From the NCBI GenBank assembly GCA_963601025.1, contig CAVCDR010000034.1, forward strand, positions 1 through 63,713: a DNA stretch of 63,713 bases, written 5' to 3'. This DNA is from Agathobacter sp. (GTDB lineage Bacteria > Bacillota_I > Bacilli_A > Erysipelotrichales > Erysipelotrichaceae). Positions within the stretch are counted from its first letter, which is position 1; each line of letters begins with the position of its first letter. The translations under genes and the position numbers were made by a program. The notes below the pieces were generated by a model, which was given only the letters and a program-made list of their open reading frames with translations, searched no databases and was not told the origin of the DNA. Below are positions 39,737 to 53,561 of this stretch, piece by piece.

Positions 39737-42131
39737 ATACAACGATATTAACCATCTTGTTTTTGATGACAAAATGTTTTTTAATCTCTTGTCCATCAAT
39801 AAATTTGATGACGTTTTCTTGTTTTAACGCTTCATTATAAATGGTTTCATCATCAGCATCTTGATTAATAGTAAACTTAGCTCTTACTTTACCATTTACT
39901 TGTACAACGACTTCTTTTTCAGCTTTTACAAGCTTACTTTCATCATGTGTTGGCCAAGCTCTATAAGCTAAATCAGTTTTACCTGTAAGCATCTCATACA
40001 TTTCATTACATAGATGTGGTGCCCAAGGAGATAACATTTGGACAAAGTTAACTAGATATTCTTTATATACTTTTCCTTCTTTGTAACAATCATTAATGAA
40101 AATCATCATTTGTGATATAGCCGTATTTAAAGAAAGATTTTCAATATCCTCACTTACTTTCTTTACCGTAAAGTTATATGAATAATCTAACTTTCCATCA
40201 TTTGTATCGACGATTTTACTTTCATCAGTTACTAAACGATATACTCTTTCAAGCCATCTATGTGCGCCTTCTAGTCCTTGAGTAGACCATGGCTTATCAG
40301 CCTCTAGAGGTCCCATAAACATTTCATAAAGTCTTAAAGTATCGGCACCATATTGGTTAACGACATCACTTGGATTTACAACATATTCAGGGAATCGCTT
40401 ACCCATCTTAATACCATTAGAACCTAAAATATAGCCTTGGTGTACTAACTTTTGAAATGGTTCAGCCACTGGCACTATTCCTTCATTATGCAAGAAGTTG
40501 TTCCACATTCTTGAATATAACAAATGTCCTACCGCATGCTCTGGACCACCAATATATAAATCAACAGGAAGCCAATGTTCCATTAACTTTGGATCACAAA
40601 TACAATCATTATTATGTGGATCAATGTATCTAATAAAGTACCAGCTACTACCTGCAGAACCTGGCATTGTCGAAGTCTCACGTTTTCCTTTTTTACCATG
40701 ATATTCAACGTTTACCCAATCAGTTGCCTTATCAAGTGGTGCACCTGTCTTACTTGGGCCATAATCTTCAAGTTCTGGAAGAATTAATGGCAAATCTGGG
40801 TCATCTAATACGCCAATTGTTCCATCATCATAATGAATTACCGGAATTGGTTCACCCCAATATCTTTGTCTAGCAAAAATCCATTCTCTAATACGATAGT
40901 TTACTTTCTTTTTACCAATACCTTTAGATACAAGATATTCAATCATCTTATCGATTGATTCTTGTTTATTCAAACCATCTAAGAAACCGGAATTAATATG
41001 TACACCATCACCTGTATAAGCTTCTTTTGAAATATCGCCGCCTTCAATTACTGGGATTATTTCAATATCAAACTTCTTAGCGAAAGCATAGTCTCTTTCA
41101 TCATGGGCAGGAACAGCCATAATAGCGCCTGTGCCATAAGTCATAAGTACATAGTCAGAAATCCAAATAGGAATCTTTTTATCATTAATAGGATTAATCG
41201 CATAAGCACCAGTAAAGACACCAGTCTTATCTTTATTTAATTCAGTTCTTTCCATTTCCGACTTAAGGGCACATTCTTTTTTATAAGCATTTACCGCCTC
41301 TTTTTTATCATCAGTAGTAATTAAATCAACTAATGGATGTTCTGGAGATAATACACAATATGTTGCGCCAAATAAAGTATCGCATCTTGTAGTAAACACA
41401 GTAAAGTCTTTATTAGTTCCATCAATTTTAAATGTTACTTCAGCACCAATTGATTTACCAATCCAGTTTCTTTGCATCTCCTTAGTAGACTCTGGCCAAT
41501 CAATAGTATTTAAATTATCAAGCAATTGTTCAGCGAAAGCAGGAATATCCATAATCCATTGTTTCATATTCTTTCTAACAACAGGATAACCGCCTCTTTC
41601 TGATTTGCCATCAATTACCTCGTCATTAGCTAAAACAGTTCCTAGTTCTTCACACCAGTTAACAGGCATCTCTACACATTTAGCGTAACCTTTTTTAAAT
41701 AATTGAATAAAAATCCATTGTGTCCACTTATAGAAATCAGGATCGGAAGTAGAAATTTCTTTACTCCAGTCATAAGAAAATCCTAGGCCCTTTAATTGTT
41801 CCTTAAAGTGTTCAATGTTCTTATTGGTAAAGCCGGCTGGATGATTGCCAGTAGAAATAGCATATTGTTCAGCGGGTAAACCAAAAGAATCAAAGCCCAT
41901 TGGATGTAAGACATTAAAGCCTTTCATTCTTTTATATCTTGCGACAATATCAGTAGCTGTATAGCCTTCTGGATGCCCTGCATGTAAGCCTACACCACTT
42001 GGATATGGAAACATATCCATTACATAATACTTTGGCTTAGTAAAGTCATAGACATCTGTCTTAAATGTTTGATTGTCTTCCCAATACTTTTGCCACTTCT
42101 TTTCAATAGTTTTAAAATCAAAAGCCGACAT
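39735..42131 (-). CDS. leuS: Leucine--tRNA ligase
   Basis: Class I motifs HAGHPEGY (HIGH-type) and KMGKR (KMSKS-type). True start is ATG 42131 ([14 protein letters not shown]) behind GGAGGA; the track's 30 upstream codons are the T-box terminator region. Confidence 0.95.
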   Translation of the reverse strand: MSAFDFKTIEKKWQKYWEDNQTFKTDVYDFTKPKYYVMDMFPYPSGVGLHAGHPEGYTATDIVARYKRMKGFNVLHPMGFDSFGLPAEQYAISTGNHPAGFTNKNIEHFKEQLKGLGFSYDWSKEISTSDPDFYKWTQWIFIQLFKKGYAKCVEMPVNWCEELGTVLANDEVIDGKSERGGYPVVRKNMKQWIMDIPAFAEQLLDNLNTIDWPESTKEMQRNWIGKSIGAEVTFKIDGTNKDFTVFTTRCDTLFGATYCVLSPEHPLVDLITTDDKKEAVNAYKKECALKSEMERTELNKDKTGVFTGAYAINPINDKKIPIWISDYVLMTYGTGAIMAVPAHDERDYAFAKKFDIEIIPVIEGGDISKEAYTGDGVHINSGFLDGLNKQESIDKMIEYLVSKGIGKKKVNYRIREWIFARQRYWGEPIPVIHYDDGTIGVLDDPDLPLILPELEDYGPSKTGAPLDKATDWVNVEYHGKKGKRETSTMPGSAGSSWYFIRYIDPHNNDCICDPKLMEHWLPVDLYIGGPEHAVGHLLYSRMWNNFLHNEGIVPVAEPFQKLVHQGYILGSNGIKMGKRFPEYVVNPSDVVNQYGADTLRLYEMFMGPLEADKPWSTQGLEGAHRWLERVYRLVTDESKIVDTNDGKLDYSYNFTVKKVSEDIENLSLNTAISQMMIFINDCYKEGKVYKEYLVNFVQMLSPWAPHLCNEMYEMLTGKTDLAYRAWPTHDESKLVKAEKEVVVQVNGKVRAKFTINQDADDETIYNEALKQENVIKFIDGQEIKKHFVIKNKMVNIVV

Positions 42132-42323
42132 AATTCCTCCTAAATAAATAAAAGGTAGTACACAAGGGTGCAAAGCACGGTACCACCTTAATTTTAACTT
42201 TAAGCTCTTAACGCGAGTCACGATTAACCCAAATGTTAAATAAGTTCAATAGTAAGTAATACTCTTTTTCACCAACCAAGAGCTCTCTATAATTCTTTTC
42301 TATTTACTACTTTTAACGATTAC
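42132..42323 (-). promoter_or_regulatory. T-box leader, Leu (CUU) specifier, controlling leuS
   Basis: Promoter TTGATT-17-TATTAT (42358-42330). Stem I has AGTAGTA, AGAGAG and GGTGAAA elements. Specifier loop is GAA-CUU-A. T-box is AATTAAGGTGGTACCGTG (42177-42194). The terminator pairs AAGGTGGTAC with GTACTACCTT, followed by TTATTT. Confidence 0.85.
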
Positions 42324-42392
42324 TAGTTAATAATATGATTTTTAACGCTCAAAATCAATATTAACATCAAGTTTTTTACTTGACTCTTCTTA

Positions 42393-44333
42393 TTAATCTA
42401 AACTAGATGCAGCGTAGAAGCCTTCTCTAATTGCATCGCCGATTTTACCAAGCTTATTACAATCACCAATAGCTCTAGTTTTTGTATGATACTTTTCTTT
42501 TATCTTTTCTAAAAGATCAGTATTAGGTCTCATACCAAAGGCTGTTACTACAGTATCAGCATCAATATGTTCTATTTTGCCATCACATTCTACATCTAAT
42601 CCTGTAGAATCAATTGAAACAACTTTAGCACTAGTCTTTAATGTAACGTTGTTTTCTTTTAGCTTATTAAATAAAGAAATCCAATTGATAAAGAATACAT
42701 CTTTACCCACTTCTGGAAGCATTTCAACAACAGTTACTTTCTTGCCTAATTCTTCAGCCATTTCCACAGCACTATCAAGTCCTGATGCGCCACCGCCACA
42801 AATTACAATATTATTACCTTTTAGAAGTGAAGCATTTTTATGGAAATCAACAACATCAACAACATTATCACCATCAATACCTTGAATGTTTGGAACAAAA
42901 GAATGAGAACCGACAGATACCAGTATTGCGTCAGCATCTTTTAAGATTTCTTCATCGCCTTTAACTTCATAATTAACTTTAATATCAACATTTAATTCTT
43001 GAAGTTGGGTAATATACCACTTAGTAAGCTTCTTGATATTAGACTTAAAACTAGCGGTAGAGATAATATCCATAGTTCCACCAAGTTTATTTTCTTTTTC
43101 AAGCAATGTAACCTTATGTCCTTCAATTGCCGCAACTCTAGCAGCTTCCATGCCACCAGGTCCACCGCCTACAACAACTACATTTTTAGGACTATCAGTT
43201 TTCTTTAAAGCGAAGCGTACTTCTTCCATGGCACTTGGGTTAACAGCACAACTTAATTTTGTATGTTTACTCCAAATTCTACCGATACAGAATTCGTTGC
43301 ATCGCAAACATGGTCTAACATCTTGAGCTCTATCTTGAAGTAATTTTTTAGGCATTTGAGGATCTGCAATTAAAGCTCTACCAAATGAAACTAGATCAGC
43401 ATTACCACTTTCAATTAAAGCTAAAGCTGTATCCGGATTATGTGAACCAGCATTTAAGATAGGTGTTTTAACAGCCTTTCTTGCATATTCACAAACATAA
43501 GACATACAAGATTCACCCAAATATGAAGGTGGGAAAATATAATCTAATGTTTCATAACAACCAGCATCAACATCGAAACAGTCAATACCTTCAGCTTCCA
43601 GTTCTTTTAGGATTTTCATGCTGTAATCTAGATCTCTGCCACCATTGAATCGATGGTCTAAAGAGATTCTAAATAAAATAGGAACATTTGGCCCAACAAC
43701 ATCTCTAATGGCATGATATATATCTTTAGCAAACCTTGTATTCTTTTCAGGACTGCCACCATATTCATCTGTTCTTTTATTCCATACAGGAGACAAGAAT
43801 TGGTCAATTAGATAACCTGCATGAGCATGAATTTCAATGGCGTCATAACCAGCATCCATCGCAACTGATGCGGCAAACCTGAAATCATCCATCATCTTAT
43901 GAATTTCTTCGACGGTAAGGGCATGGCACATCATATTTGGATCAAATAATGAAGGAATTTCACTTGCCGACATAGGTGGATTACCTAATGTATCAGGGAA
44001 GGCATTTCTACCTGTGCCTGGTGTCAATTGGCAAACAATCTTAGCACCATATTTATGAACTCCATCGCAAACACTAGTTAAAGAAGGAAGAACAGTATAG
44101 CTATCCATGTACCCTTCCATTGAACCTTGGGCAATCTTTTCGTTAAGTGGTTGGCATCCCATGATAATCATGCCAACGCCACCCCTAGCTCTTTCAATGA
44201 AATAATCTATTTCATTGTCTGTTTTTCTGCCATTTGCCAAGGCACTATTAGTGCCCATAGGTGACATGACAAGACGGTTTTTAACTTCCATCTTGCCAAT
44301 CTTAAAAGGTGTAAATAATTTATCGTATTTCAT
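42393..44333 (-). CDS. 2-enoate reductase / 2,4-dienoyl-CoA reductase family flavo-iron-sulfur oxidoreductase (OYE-like FMN domain, 4Fe-4S, FAD/NAD(P) domain)
   Basis: 646 aa. OYE-type HAHAGYLIDQFLSPVWNKRTDEYGGS, Cys cluster CLRCNEFCIGRIWSKHTKLSCAVNP and Rossmann VVVVGGGPGGMEAA. Only 18 nt, with no hairpin, after the EIIA stop. Confidence 0.8.
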   Translation of the reverse strand: MKYDKLFTPFKIGKMEVKNRLVMSPMGTNSALANGRKTDNEIDYFIERARGGVGMIIMGCQPLNEKIAQGSMEGYMDSYTVLPSLTSVCDGVHKYGAKIVCQLTPGTGRNAFPDTLGNPPMSASEIPSLFDPNMMCHALTVEEIHKMMDDFRFAASVAMDAGYDAIEIHAHAGYLIDQFLSPVWNKRTDEYGGSPEKNTRFAKDIYHAIRDVVGPNVPILFRISLDHRFNGGRDLDYSMKILKELEAEGIDCFDVDAGCYETLDYIFPPSYLGESCMSYVCEYARKAVKTPILNAGSHNPDTALALIESGNADLVSFGRALIADPQMPKKLLQDRAQDVRPCLRCNEFCIGRIWSKHTKLSCAVNPSAMEEVRFALKKTDSPKNVVVVGGGPGGMEAARVAAIEGHKVTLLEKENKLGGTMDIISTASFKSNIKKLTKWYITQLQELNVDIKVNYEVKGDEEILKDADAILVSVGSHSFVPNIQGIDGDNVVDVVDFHKNASLLKGNNIVICGGGASGLDSAVEMAEELGKKVTVVEMLPEVGKDVFFINWISLFNKLKENNVTLKTSAKVVSIDSTGLDVECDGKIEHIDADTVVTAFGMRPNTDLLEKIKEKYHTKTRAIGDCNKLGKIGDAIREGFYAASSLD

Positions 44334-44351
44334 ATACTTTCCTTTTCTTTT

Positions 44352-44827
44352 TTATTTAGAAATTACTTGTCCTTTTTCAATAGTTTCAAAATCAATAAAA
44401 TCATATGTTTTATTATCCACAGGTTCTGAAACAATTAACATTGTTGTAACAGGACATTTTTCTTTCACTTTATTTAAATCAACTTTAAGTACTGTCTCAC
44501 CGGCTTTAACCTTGTCTCCTTGATTTTTAAAAGACGTAAAGCCTTCACCATTTAGATTAACAGTATCAATGCCTACATGAACAAGATAACCAGTTCCATC
44601 CTTACTTCTAACTGCAAAAGCATGTTTTGTAGGAAATAGCACTTCAATTGTTCCAGAAATTGGCGAAACAATTTCGCCATCACTTGGCTCAATCGCAATC
44701 GTTTTCCCAAGTAATTCATCCGCAAATGTCTTATCAGCAATATCACCATTTTTTACATGTTTACCAGAACATACCGCAACCACATTATTATCTTCATGAT
44801 TACCTAAAAGTTTGTCAAATAAACCCA

Positions 44828-44828
<1 letters not shown>
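44352..44828 (-). CDS. PTS EIIA (glucose family)
   Basis: 158 aa. PTKHAFAV and HVGIDTV histidine motifs. Confidence 0.85.
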
Positions 44829-47628
<2,800 letters not shown>

Positions 47629-47676
47629 AATCTCTCCTTAATTTTCTTATCGCCAAAGATAACGTGCACTTTATCT

Positions 47677-48495
47677 TTAAAGCCTATTTTTAAGCCTATT
47701 AACATGCAAAATCAAATAAAGTTGTTCTTCTTCATTAAGCATGTAGCCACAATTATTCTTTAAATAATTAGACATCTTCTCAACACACTTATAAGTACTT
47801 GGATAACTATTAACAAGAGTTGAAAACATATCGCCATTTTCACTTTCAATACTTACTTTCTCTTTTTGTCTTTTCAGCAAATATTGAAGGTGTGATGAAA
47901 AACGCGAGTAATTAAAACCATCTCTATCGATAGAGATATTAAATTCATTTTCAATAATAGTGGTTAAATTATTGATAGTTTCGTTTTCATCCTCAATGTC
48001 TTCTCTTGTAAAGTTCTGTGCATTAATCAGATGCAAGGCAATAGAAGTGGCCTCTTCTTTCAATAAATGAACGTTAAGTTTCTTATTAATAAAGTTGACA
48101 GCCTTTTTACCGATTTCAAGTTCCGTCTCATAGTGAAGCTTCAAGTCGGCATCAAGCGGCAATTTAACTGATATGTTTTTCTTAGAACGATCCAAGGCAA
48201 ACTTAATATGATCAGCTAAAGTAAAGACAAGATTAGGATTTAATTCTTTAGAAATCTTAGTCTTGGCATATTCAACAATAGTTGAAGAAACACTAATTAC
48301 ATCTTCATCAAGTTCTTTAATTAAACCGATGTATTTATTGTCTATACCATAAAAGGTACTTGTTAGCTTACTAAGATCTAATAGTTCATATGGCGTTTTA
48401 GGAAAACCAATGCCATTACCAATAGCTACAATTTTGTTACCATTGTCGTCTAAACATATAGCCGCATTGTTGTTTAGCTTTTTAATAACTAGCAT
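47677..48495 (-). CDS. licT: BglG/LicT-family transcription antiterminator (CAT plus two PRDs)
   Basis: 272 aa. CAT domain N-terminus VIKKLNNNAAICLDDNGNKIVAIGNGIGF. Confidence 0.85.
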   Translation of the reverse strand: MLVIKKLNNNAAICLDDNGNKIVAIGNGIGFPKTPYELLDLSKLTSTFYGIDNKYIGLIKELDEDVISVSSTIVEYAKTKISKELNPNLVFTLADHIKFALDRSKKNISVKLPLDADLKLHYETELEIGKKAVNFINKKLNVHLLKEEATSIALHLINAQNFTREDIEDENETINNLTTIIENEFNISIDRDGFNYSRFSSHLQYLLKRQKEKVSIESENGDMFSTLVNSYPSTYKCVEKMSNYLKNNCGYMLNEEEQLYLILHVNRLKNRL

Positions 48496-48511
48496 TCGCT
48501 CCCCCTTAACA

Positions 48512-48576
48512 TAAAAACTCTTCTATCAGCATACCAAAAAATACAATCGGTAATGCCTCAAGAAGAGTAACAATCC
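48512..48576 (-). promoter_or_regulatory. RAT (ribonucleic antiterminator) overlapping an intrinsic terminator, upstream of licT
   Basis: Minus strand GGATTGTTACTCTTCTTGAGGCATTACC (48576-48548) matches the GGATTGTTAC... RAT pattern. ACTCTTCT...AGAAGAGT plus TTTTT forms the competing terminator. Confidence 0.75.
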
Positions 48577-48651
48577 ATTTATCAACAAAGTTATTTTAAC
48601 ACTATAAATATTTTATGCAACAGTTATTTAATTAACTGTTAACATTAAGAT

Positions 48652-49587
48652 ATGAATAATTTTGAATATACATTAGACAATAAACGTTATCATACTTTTA
48701 ACTATTATCTTAAAAACAAGTATCACCAAAAAGTTGCTAAGGTAATAATTGATGGCCACTTTACTTGTCCAAATAGAGATGGCAAAAAAGGGTATGGTGG
48801 ATGCATATATTGTTCAAGTAATGGATCTGGTGATTCAAATCTAAACATTAAAGATGATGTCTTAACTCAATACAACAAAAATAAATTGGTCATGGATAGA
48901 AAATGGAATAATGGACTATATATTCCCTATTTTCAATCTTTTTCTAATACTTATGGACCACTTAAAAAAATAAAAGCTATGTTAGATCCCTTCTTAGATA
49001 AAGAAGAAGTAGCTGAAATAGCTATTGCCACAAGATGTGATTGTCTAGATCAAGAGATTGTAGACTATTTAAATAGTATTACAATTAAAAAACCTATTTG
49101 GATTGAATTAGGATTACAAACTACCAATTATGAAAGTTCCAAGTTTTTAAATCTTGGCTATAATTTTGACGATTTTAAAAAGGCCATTAAACTTCTAGAA
49201 AATACTAATATAAAAGTTTGTGTACATATTATCAACGGGCTTCCTCATGAAAATAAAGAAGATATGCTTAAAACTATAAAAGATATTAATCATCTTAAAT
49301 TTGATAGTATCAAAATCCATATGTTACATATACTAAAAGATACACCATTAGCTGAATACTATAAGAACAATCCTTTTTCAATATTAAGTAGAGAAGACTA
49401 TATTGAAATTGTGGTAAAACAATTAGAATTATTAAGAAAAGAAGTGGTAATTGAAAGACTAACGGGCGATCCTATAAAAAATGAACTTATCACACCATCT
49501 TGGGTACTTAATAAAACAACTATTTTAAATGATATTGATAAACTTATGGCTAAATTAGATACATATCAAGGCAAATACCATGAATAA
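48652..49587 (+). CDS. TIGR01212-family radical SAM protein (YtqA/MnmL-like)
   Basis: 311 aa. Cys motif CPNRDGKKGYGGCIYCS. Conserved pairing with a ytqB-like gene downstream (8-nt overlap). Confidence 0.75.
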   Translation: MNNFEYTLDNKRYHTFNYYLKNKYHQKVAKVIIDGHFTCPNRDGKKGYGGCIYCSSNGSGDSNLNIKDDVLTQYNKNKLVMDRKWNNGLYIPYFQSFSNTYGPLKKIKAMLDPFLDKEEVAEIAIATRCDCLDQEIVDYLNSITIKKPIWIELGLQTTNYESSKFLNLGYNFDDFKKAIKLLENTNIKVCVHIINGLPHENKEDMLKTIKDINHLKFDSIKIHMLHILKDTPLAEYYKNNPFSILSREDYIEIVVKQLELLRKEVVIERLTGDPIKNELITPSWVLNKTTILNDIDKLMAKLDTYQGKYHE

Positions 49588-50110
49588 CAATACTTTTGTA
49601 CATAAATATCTTAAGGGTTTAATTAAGAAAGATGATATATGTGTTGATATGACTATGGGAAATGGCAATGATACGCTATTTTTAAGTAATCTAGCTAAAC
49701 ATGTATATGCCTTTGATATAAATAATAAAGCTATCTTGAATACTAAAGAAAAAATTAAAGATAAGGATAATGTAACTTTAATATTAGACAATCATGTTAA
49801 TTTTGATTGTTATATTAAAGATAATATTAATCTATTTATTTTTAATCTTGGATATTTACCCAACAGTGAAGATAAAACAATTACTAAAGCTAACGAGACT
49901 TTGATTGCCTTTAAGAAAGCATATTATTTATTAAAAGCTAATGGCTATATTGTAATAACCTTTTATAGAGGACATGTTGGTGGAAAAGATGAATATTATT
50001 TACTTACGAAATATATTAGGGAAAATAATATAAATGTTATTGAAAAATATAAGGCCAATAGAAATATTGATGAACCATATACCTACATAATTAAGAAAAG
50101 CTCTAAATAG
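49580..50110 (+). CDS. Class I SAM-dependent methyltransferase (YtqB/MnmM-like tRNA methyltransferase)
   Basis: 176 aa. SAM motif VDMTMGNGNDT. Confidence 0.7.
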   Translation: MNNNTFVHKYLKGLIKKDDICVDMTMGNGNDTLFLSNLAKHVYAFDINNKAILNTKEKIKDKDNVTLILDNHVNFDCYIKDNINLFIFNLGYLPNSEDKTITKANETLIAFKKAYYLLKANGYIVITFYRGHVGGKDEYYLLTKYIRENNINVIEKYKANRNIDEPYTYIIKKSSK

Positions 50111-50125
50111 AGCTCTTCTTAATTT
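50093..50125 (+). terminator. Intrinsic terminator overlapping the stop codon
   Basis: AAGAAAAGCTC-TAAATA-GAGCTCTTCTT followed by AATTTTT. Confidence 0.6.
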
Positions 50126-50302
50126 TTCAAATTTAGGGGACATTCTTTAAGTATCAAGGGGAATTGGATACTTTTGTAAGGATATCTTTTCCTTACAACT
50201 ATATAGTAGAAGAATTCTATATTTAAAATATGTTTTAATTTTGGAAAATTATGTGATTTTTATCACTGTGTTAGCACCATCTATATTTGATAGAATAGAT
50301 GT

Positions 50303-51124
50303 ATGTCTAAATTAAAGAAGATTATTACTGTATTAGTTGTATGTATATTATTACTATTAATAACTATATATAACGCTATATACGTAAATACAAAGGATAT
50401 AACTGTTAGAAAAGAAACATTGTCTTCAGAAAAGATTGATAATACATTAAATAATTTATTAGTATGTTACTTTTCTGATTTACATTATGGTACTTTTTTA
50501 GACGATGAAGATTTAAATAATATTGAAACAAAAATCAATGAATTTAATCCTGATATTATTATCTTTGGTGGTGATTTAATAGATAGTGCCTTATCTGGTG
50601 ATAAACAAACTAAATTAAATAATTTTTTAAGAAATCTAAATTGTAAATATGGTAAATATGCTGTATTAGGTGATAAAGATTATGAATATTTATCACAAGT
50701 TACTACCATCTATCAAGAATGTGATTTTCGCTTATTAGATAATGCTTTTGAAAGAATTTATATTAATGGATCATATATCAATATCGTAGGAATAGACTGT
50801 AATAATCCTAACTATACAAGTGCTTATGAAGGACAAAATACTTCTTACTACACGATAGCTGTTAGCCATTATCCAGATTTAGCTGCAAATTTAAGTTCCG
50901 CTAATACCGACTATATATTAGCTGGCCATTCTCTTGGTGGCCAAGTATATTTACCTATCATTAGTCTATTTAATAGACCAACGGGAGCTGAAAATTACTT
51001 TAAGGGTAAAACAAAAGTAAATAGTATTACTTTAGATATTACTAATGGCTTAGGCACAATAAAAAACGACGCCCGCTTAAATGCTGACGCCGAAATTGTA
51101 ATATATAAATTTAAATCTAATTAA
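50303..51124 (+). CDS. Membrane-anchored metallophosphoesterase (YkuE-like)
   Basis: N-terminal TM span, with SDLHYG, GGDLID, GDKDY and GHSLGGQ motifs. No obvious SD. Confidence 0.75.
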   Translation: MSKLKKIITVLVVCILLLLITIYNAIYVNTKDITVRKETLSSEKIDNTLNNLLVCYFSDLHYGTFLDDEDLNNIETKINEFNPDIIIFGGDLIDSALSGDKQTKLNNFLRNLNCKYGKYAVLGDKDYEYLSQVTTIYQECDFRLLDNAFERIYINGSYINIVGIDCNNPNYTSAYEGQNTSYYTIAVSHYPDLAANLSSANTDYILAGHSLGGQVYLPIISLFNRPTGAENYFKGKTKVNSITLDITNGLGTIKNDARLNADAEIVIYKFKSN

Positions 51125-52356
51125 TGATTAGCTAAAGCTTCGATATCTTCAACATTTTTTATAATGTCTTTAGAAAGAACTTCACAACCAGTTCCATTAA
51201 TCAATAAGTCATCTTCAATTCGAATGCCAATATTTTCATCTTCAATATAAAGTCCTGGCTCATTAGTAATAACGTTGCCTGGTGTTAAAGGAACATTGCC
51301 AACATTTACATCATGTGTATCTAATCCTAAATGATGTGATACGCCATGGAAATAATATTCACTAACATCCTTGTTTAAGCCATGTTTTGGTAGTTCTTTT
51401 GTATAGTAATCAACAACCATCTTATTTAGAGCTCTTAAAGTAATACCAGGTTTAGCGTTTTCTTCAACGATTTTTTGAGCACCTAAAACAATTTCATAAA
51501 TTTCTTTTTGTCTATCTGAGAATTTTCCATTGGCAGGGAAAGTTCTTGATATATCAGCACAATAATTCTTAAAAGTAGCACCTAAATCACATAAGAATAA
51601 TTCGCCATCTCCAATCATTTGATTGTTGTCGGCATAGTGTAAGATAGTAGCCCTTTTACCACTAGCGCAAATTGATTTAAAGGCATTCTTATTGCAATTA
51701 TTTTGCGCTAAAGTAAAGTTAAATAAGCCTTCCATAACCATTTCACTCATATTAGGCTTAATTTGCGAAATCATTTGTCTAACACCAGCATTAGTTATTT
51801 CAATTGCTCTTCTTATACAAGTGATTTCATATTCATCCTTTACAAGGCGCATCTTTGCGATCAAACTATAAATATCTTTAATATCCAAACAAGGATGATT
51901 ATTTTTTAATTTATTAACATAATTGATAGCTTCACTAGGCATTTGATTAGCGCTATAGTGCCATAAATCAAAATACATCTTATAGTTAGCGTTAGCTCTT
52001 TCTCTATTTAAAACGCTAGCTAAATAATCATCTAATTCACTAAATTCATAGACATTTTCAACGCCGCTTTTTTCACTAGCTTCTTCTTTACTCATTCTAC
52101 CGCCAACCCATTTGGCTAATATTTCATCATATGGAAGAATAAATAAATTCTCACTAATTACGCCATCAATTGAATTGATAACTAAAACCATTGATTCATT
52201 TTCTAAACCAGTTAAGTAATAGAAATTACGATTTACATCAAACGGATAACATTCATCCTCACTTTTATTAATCGCATTGCCTGAAAATAATACAACAGAT
52301 GCATCACCTGCAATATCCTTAATTAATCTTTCTCTTCTAAGTTTAAATAAATTCAT
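51121..52356 (-). CDS. pepP: Xaa-Pro aminopeptidase (M24B)
   Basis: 411 aa. CDLGATFKNYCADISRTF, HGVSHHLGLDTHD and NEPGLY / IRIEDD metal ligands. Confidence 0.85.
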   Translation of the reverse strand: MNLFKLRRERLIKDIAGDASVVLFSGNAINKSEDECYPFDVNRNFYYLTGLENESMVLVINSIDGVISENLFILPYDEILAKWVGGRMSKEEASEKSGVENVYEFSELDDYLASVLNRERANANYKMYFDLWHYSANQMPSEAINYVNKLKNNHPCLDIKDIYSLIAKMRLVKDEYEITCIRRAIEITNAGVRQMISQIKPNMSEMVMEGLFNFTLAQNNCNKNAFKSICASGKRATILHYADNNQMIGDGELFLCDLGATFKNYCADISRTFPANGKFSDRQKEIYEIVLGAQKIVEENAKPGITLRALNKMVVDYYTKELPKHGLNKDVSEYYFHGVSHHLGLDTHDVNVGNVPLTPGNVITNEPGLYIEDENIGIRIEDDLLINGTGCEVLSKDIIKNVEDIEALANH

Positions 52357-52364
52357 ACTACCTC

Positions 52365-53561
52365 CTAAAATACATCTTCTTCTTTTTGGTCTAAATATGA
52401 TACTTTTACAATTTGATCATTCTTAATACATTCTTCTATTAAAGACTCGTAATCAAATTTTGCTTCATAAAATAAACATTCTTTTTCCTTAGGCTTAGTA
52501 ACAGGATTTTTAGGATCGAAAATTGTGCAACAATCCTCATAAGGAAGAATTGAAGTCTCATAAGTTCCAATCTTTTTAGCTAAGTCAATACTCTCAATCT
52601 TATCCATCATGCAAAGCGGGCGCATAATTAAGGTGTCACAAACTTTTGCGATTACCGAAATACTTTCAGGTGTTTGGCTAGCAACCTGGCCAACACTTTC
52701 GCCATTTGTTATAAGCATGATTTTTCTTTCTTTCGCAATTCTATCCGCAATACGATACATCATACGGCGCATGATTGTTATGGCATAAGACTCATTTGCG
52801 TTTTTATAGATGGCAAGCTGTAAATCCGTAAAAGGAATCATATGAATTAATACATCACCTTGATAAACGCTTAAAGTACGACATAAATCCATTACTTTCT
52901 CTTTAGCTTGAGCGCTTGTATATGGTTCACTGGCAAAGTGAATGCATTCAATCTTTAAGCCTCTTTTCATTGTTAGATAACCAGCAACAGGTGAATCAAT
53001 ACCACCTGACATCATAAGTAAAGCCTTGCCATTAACACCGGTTGGATAACCGCCAATACCCCTTACCTTTTCATCCATAATTAAGGCATCATCTTGTTCA
53101 ATAACAATATATAGCTTTAATTCAGGATTATGCACATCAACCTTAATATCACTATTTTTTAAGATATTGCTAGCAACGCGTCTATTAATATCATCGCTTC
53201 TAAGTGGATAATTTTTATCACTTCTTTTAGTAATTACCTTAAAAGTTTGATAAGCTTTCTTTTTAGCTAGAGTAAGAGAAACATCACAAATTTCTTCAAT
53301 ATCTTTAGAAACAATAAGGGCACCCGAAAAATAAGCATAGCCAAATACTTGTTTTAAATCTTCTTTAATCAAGTTATAATCTTCGCCATTAAGTTTTATA
53401 AATAAACCATCATGCAAAGTTTTATATTCAAGCTTTTCATAAGCCTTTAATCTTCTTTTTATATTATGGGTAAGAGCCTTAGTGAAATCCTTACGATTTT
53501 TACCCTTGGTTGATAATTCACCATATCTAACAACTATATGGTCATATAATAAATCAGCCAT
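52365..53561 (-). CDS. thiI: tRNA 4-thiouridine synthase
   Basis: THUMP N-terminus and PP-loop MMSGGIDSPVA. Start placed at ATG 53561, 10 nt after GGAGGA; the track start is a TTG too close to the SD. Confidence 0.9.
   Translation of the reverse strand: MADLLYDHIVVRYGELSTKGKNRKDFTKALTHNIKRRLKAYEKLEYKTLHDGLFIKLNGEDYNLIKEDLKQVFGYAYFSGALIVSKDIEEICDVSLTLAKKKAYQTFKVITKRSDKNYPLRSDDINRRVASNILKNSDIKVDVHNPELKLYIVIEQDDALIMDEKVRGIGGYPTGVNGKALLMMSGGIDSPVAGYLTMKRGLKIECIHFASEPYTSAQAKEKVMDLCRTLSVYQGDVLIHMIPFTDLQLAIYKNANESYAITIMRRMMYRIADRIAKERKIMLITNGESVGQVASQTPESISVIAKVCDTLIMRPLCMMDKIESIDLAKKIGTYETSILPYEDCCTIFDPKNPVTKPKEKECLFYEAKFDYESLIEECIKNDQIVKVSYLDQKEEDVF

Noticed and set aside
42132-42221. The 30 N-terminal codons of the track's leuS ORF ([30 protein letters not shown]); similar 5' extensions occur on metQ (28280-28339), the C-S lyase (19053-19103), gpmI (4571-4591) and the M48 protease (31198-31299)
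   Set aside because: These stretches coincide with T-box terminator or antiterminator sequence or with neighbouring genes. They start at non-ATG or SD-less codons, whereas conserved N-termini with strong SDs begin downstream.
48619-48640. Palindrome AACAGTTA-TTTAAT-TAACTGTT upstream of licT as a CcpA cre site
   Set aside because: It lacks the central CG and the TGNAA...TTNCA arms of the cre consensus. It may be an operator or part of the promoter, but I cannot assign it.
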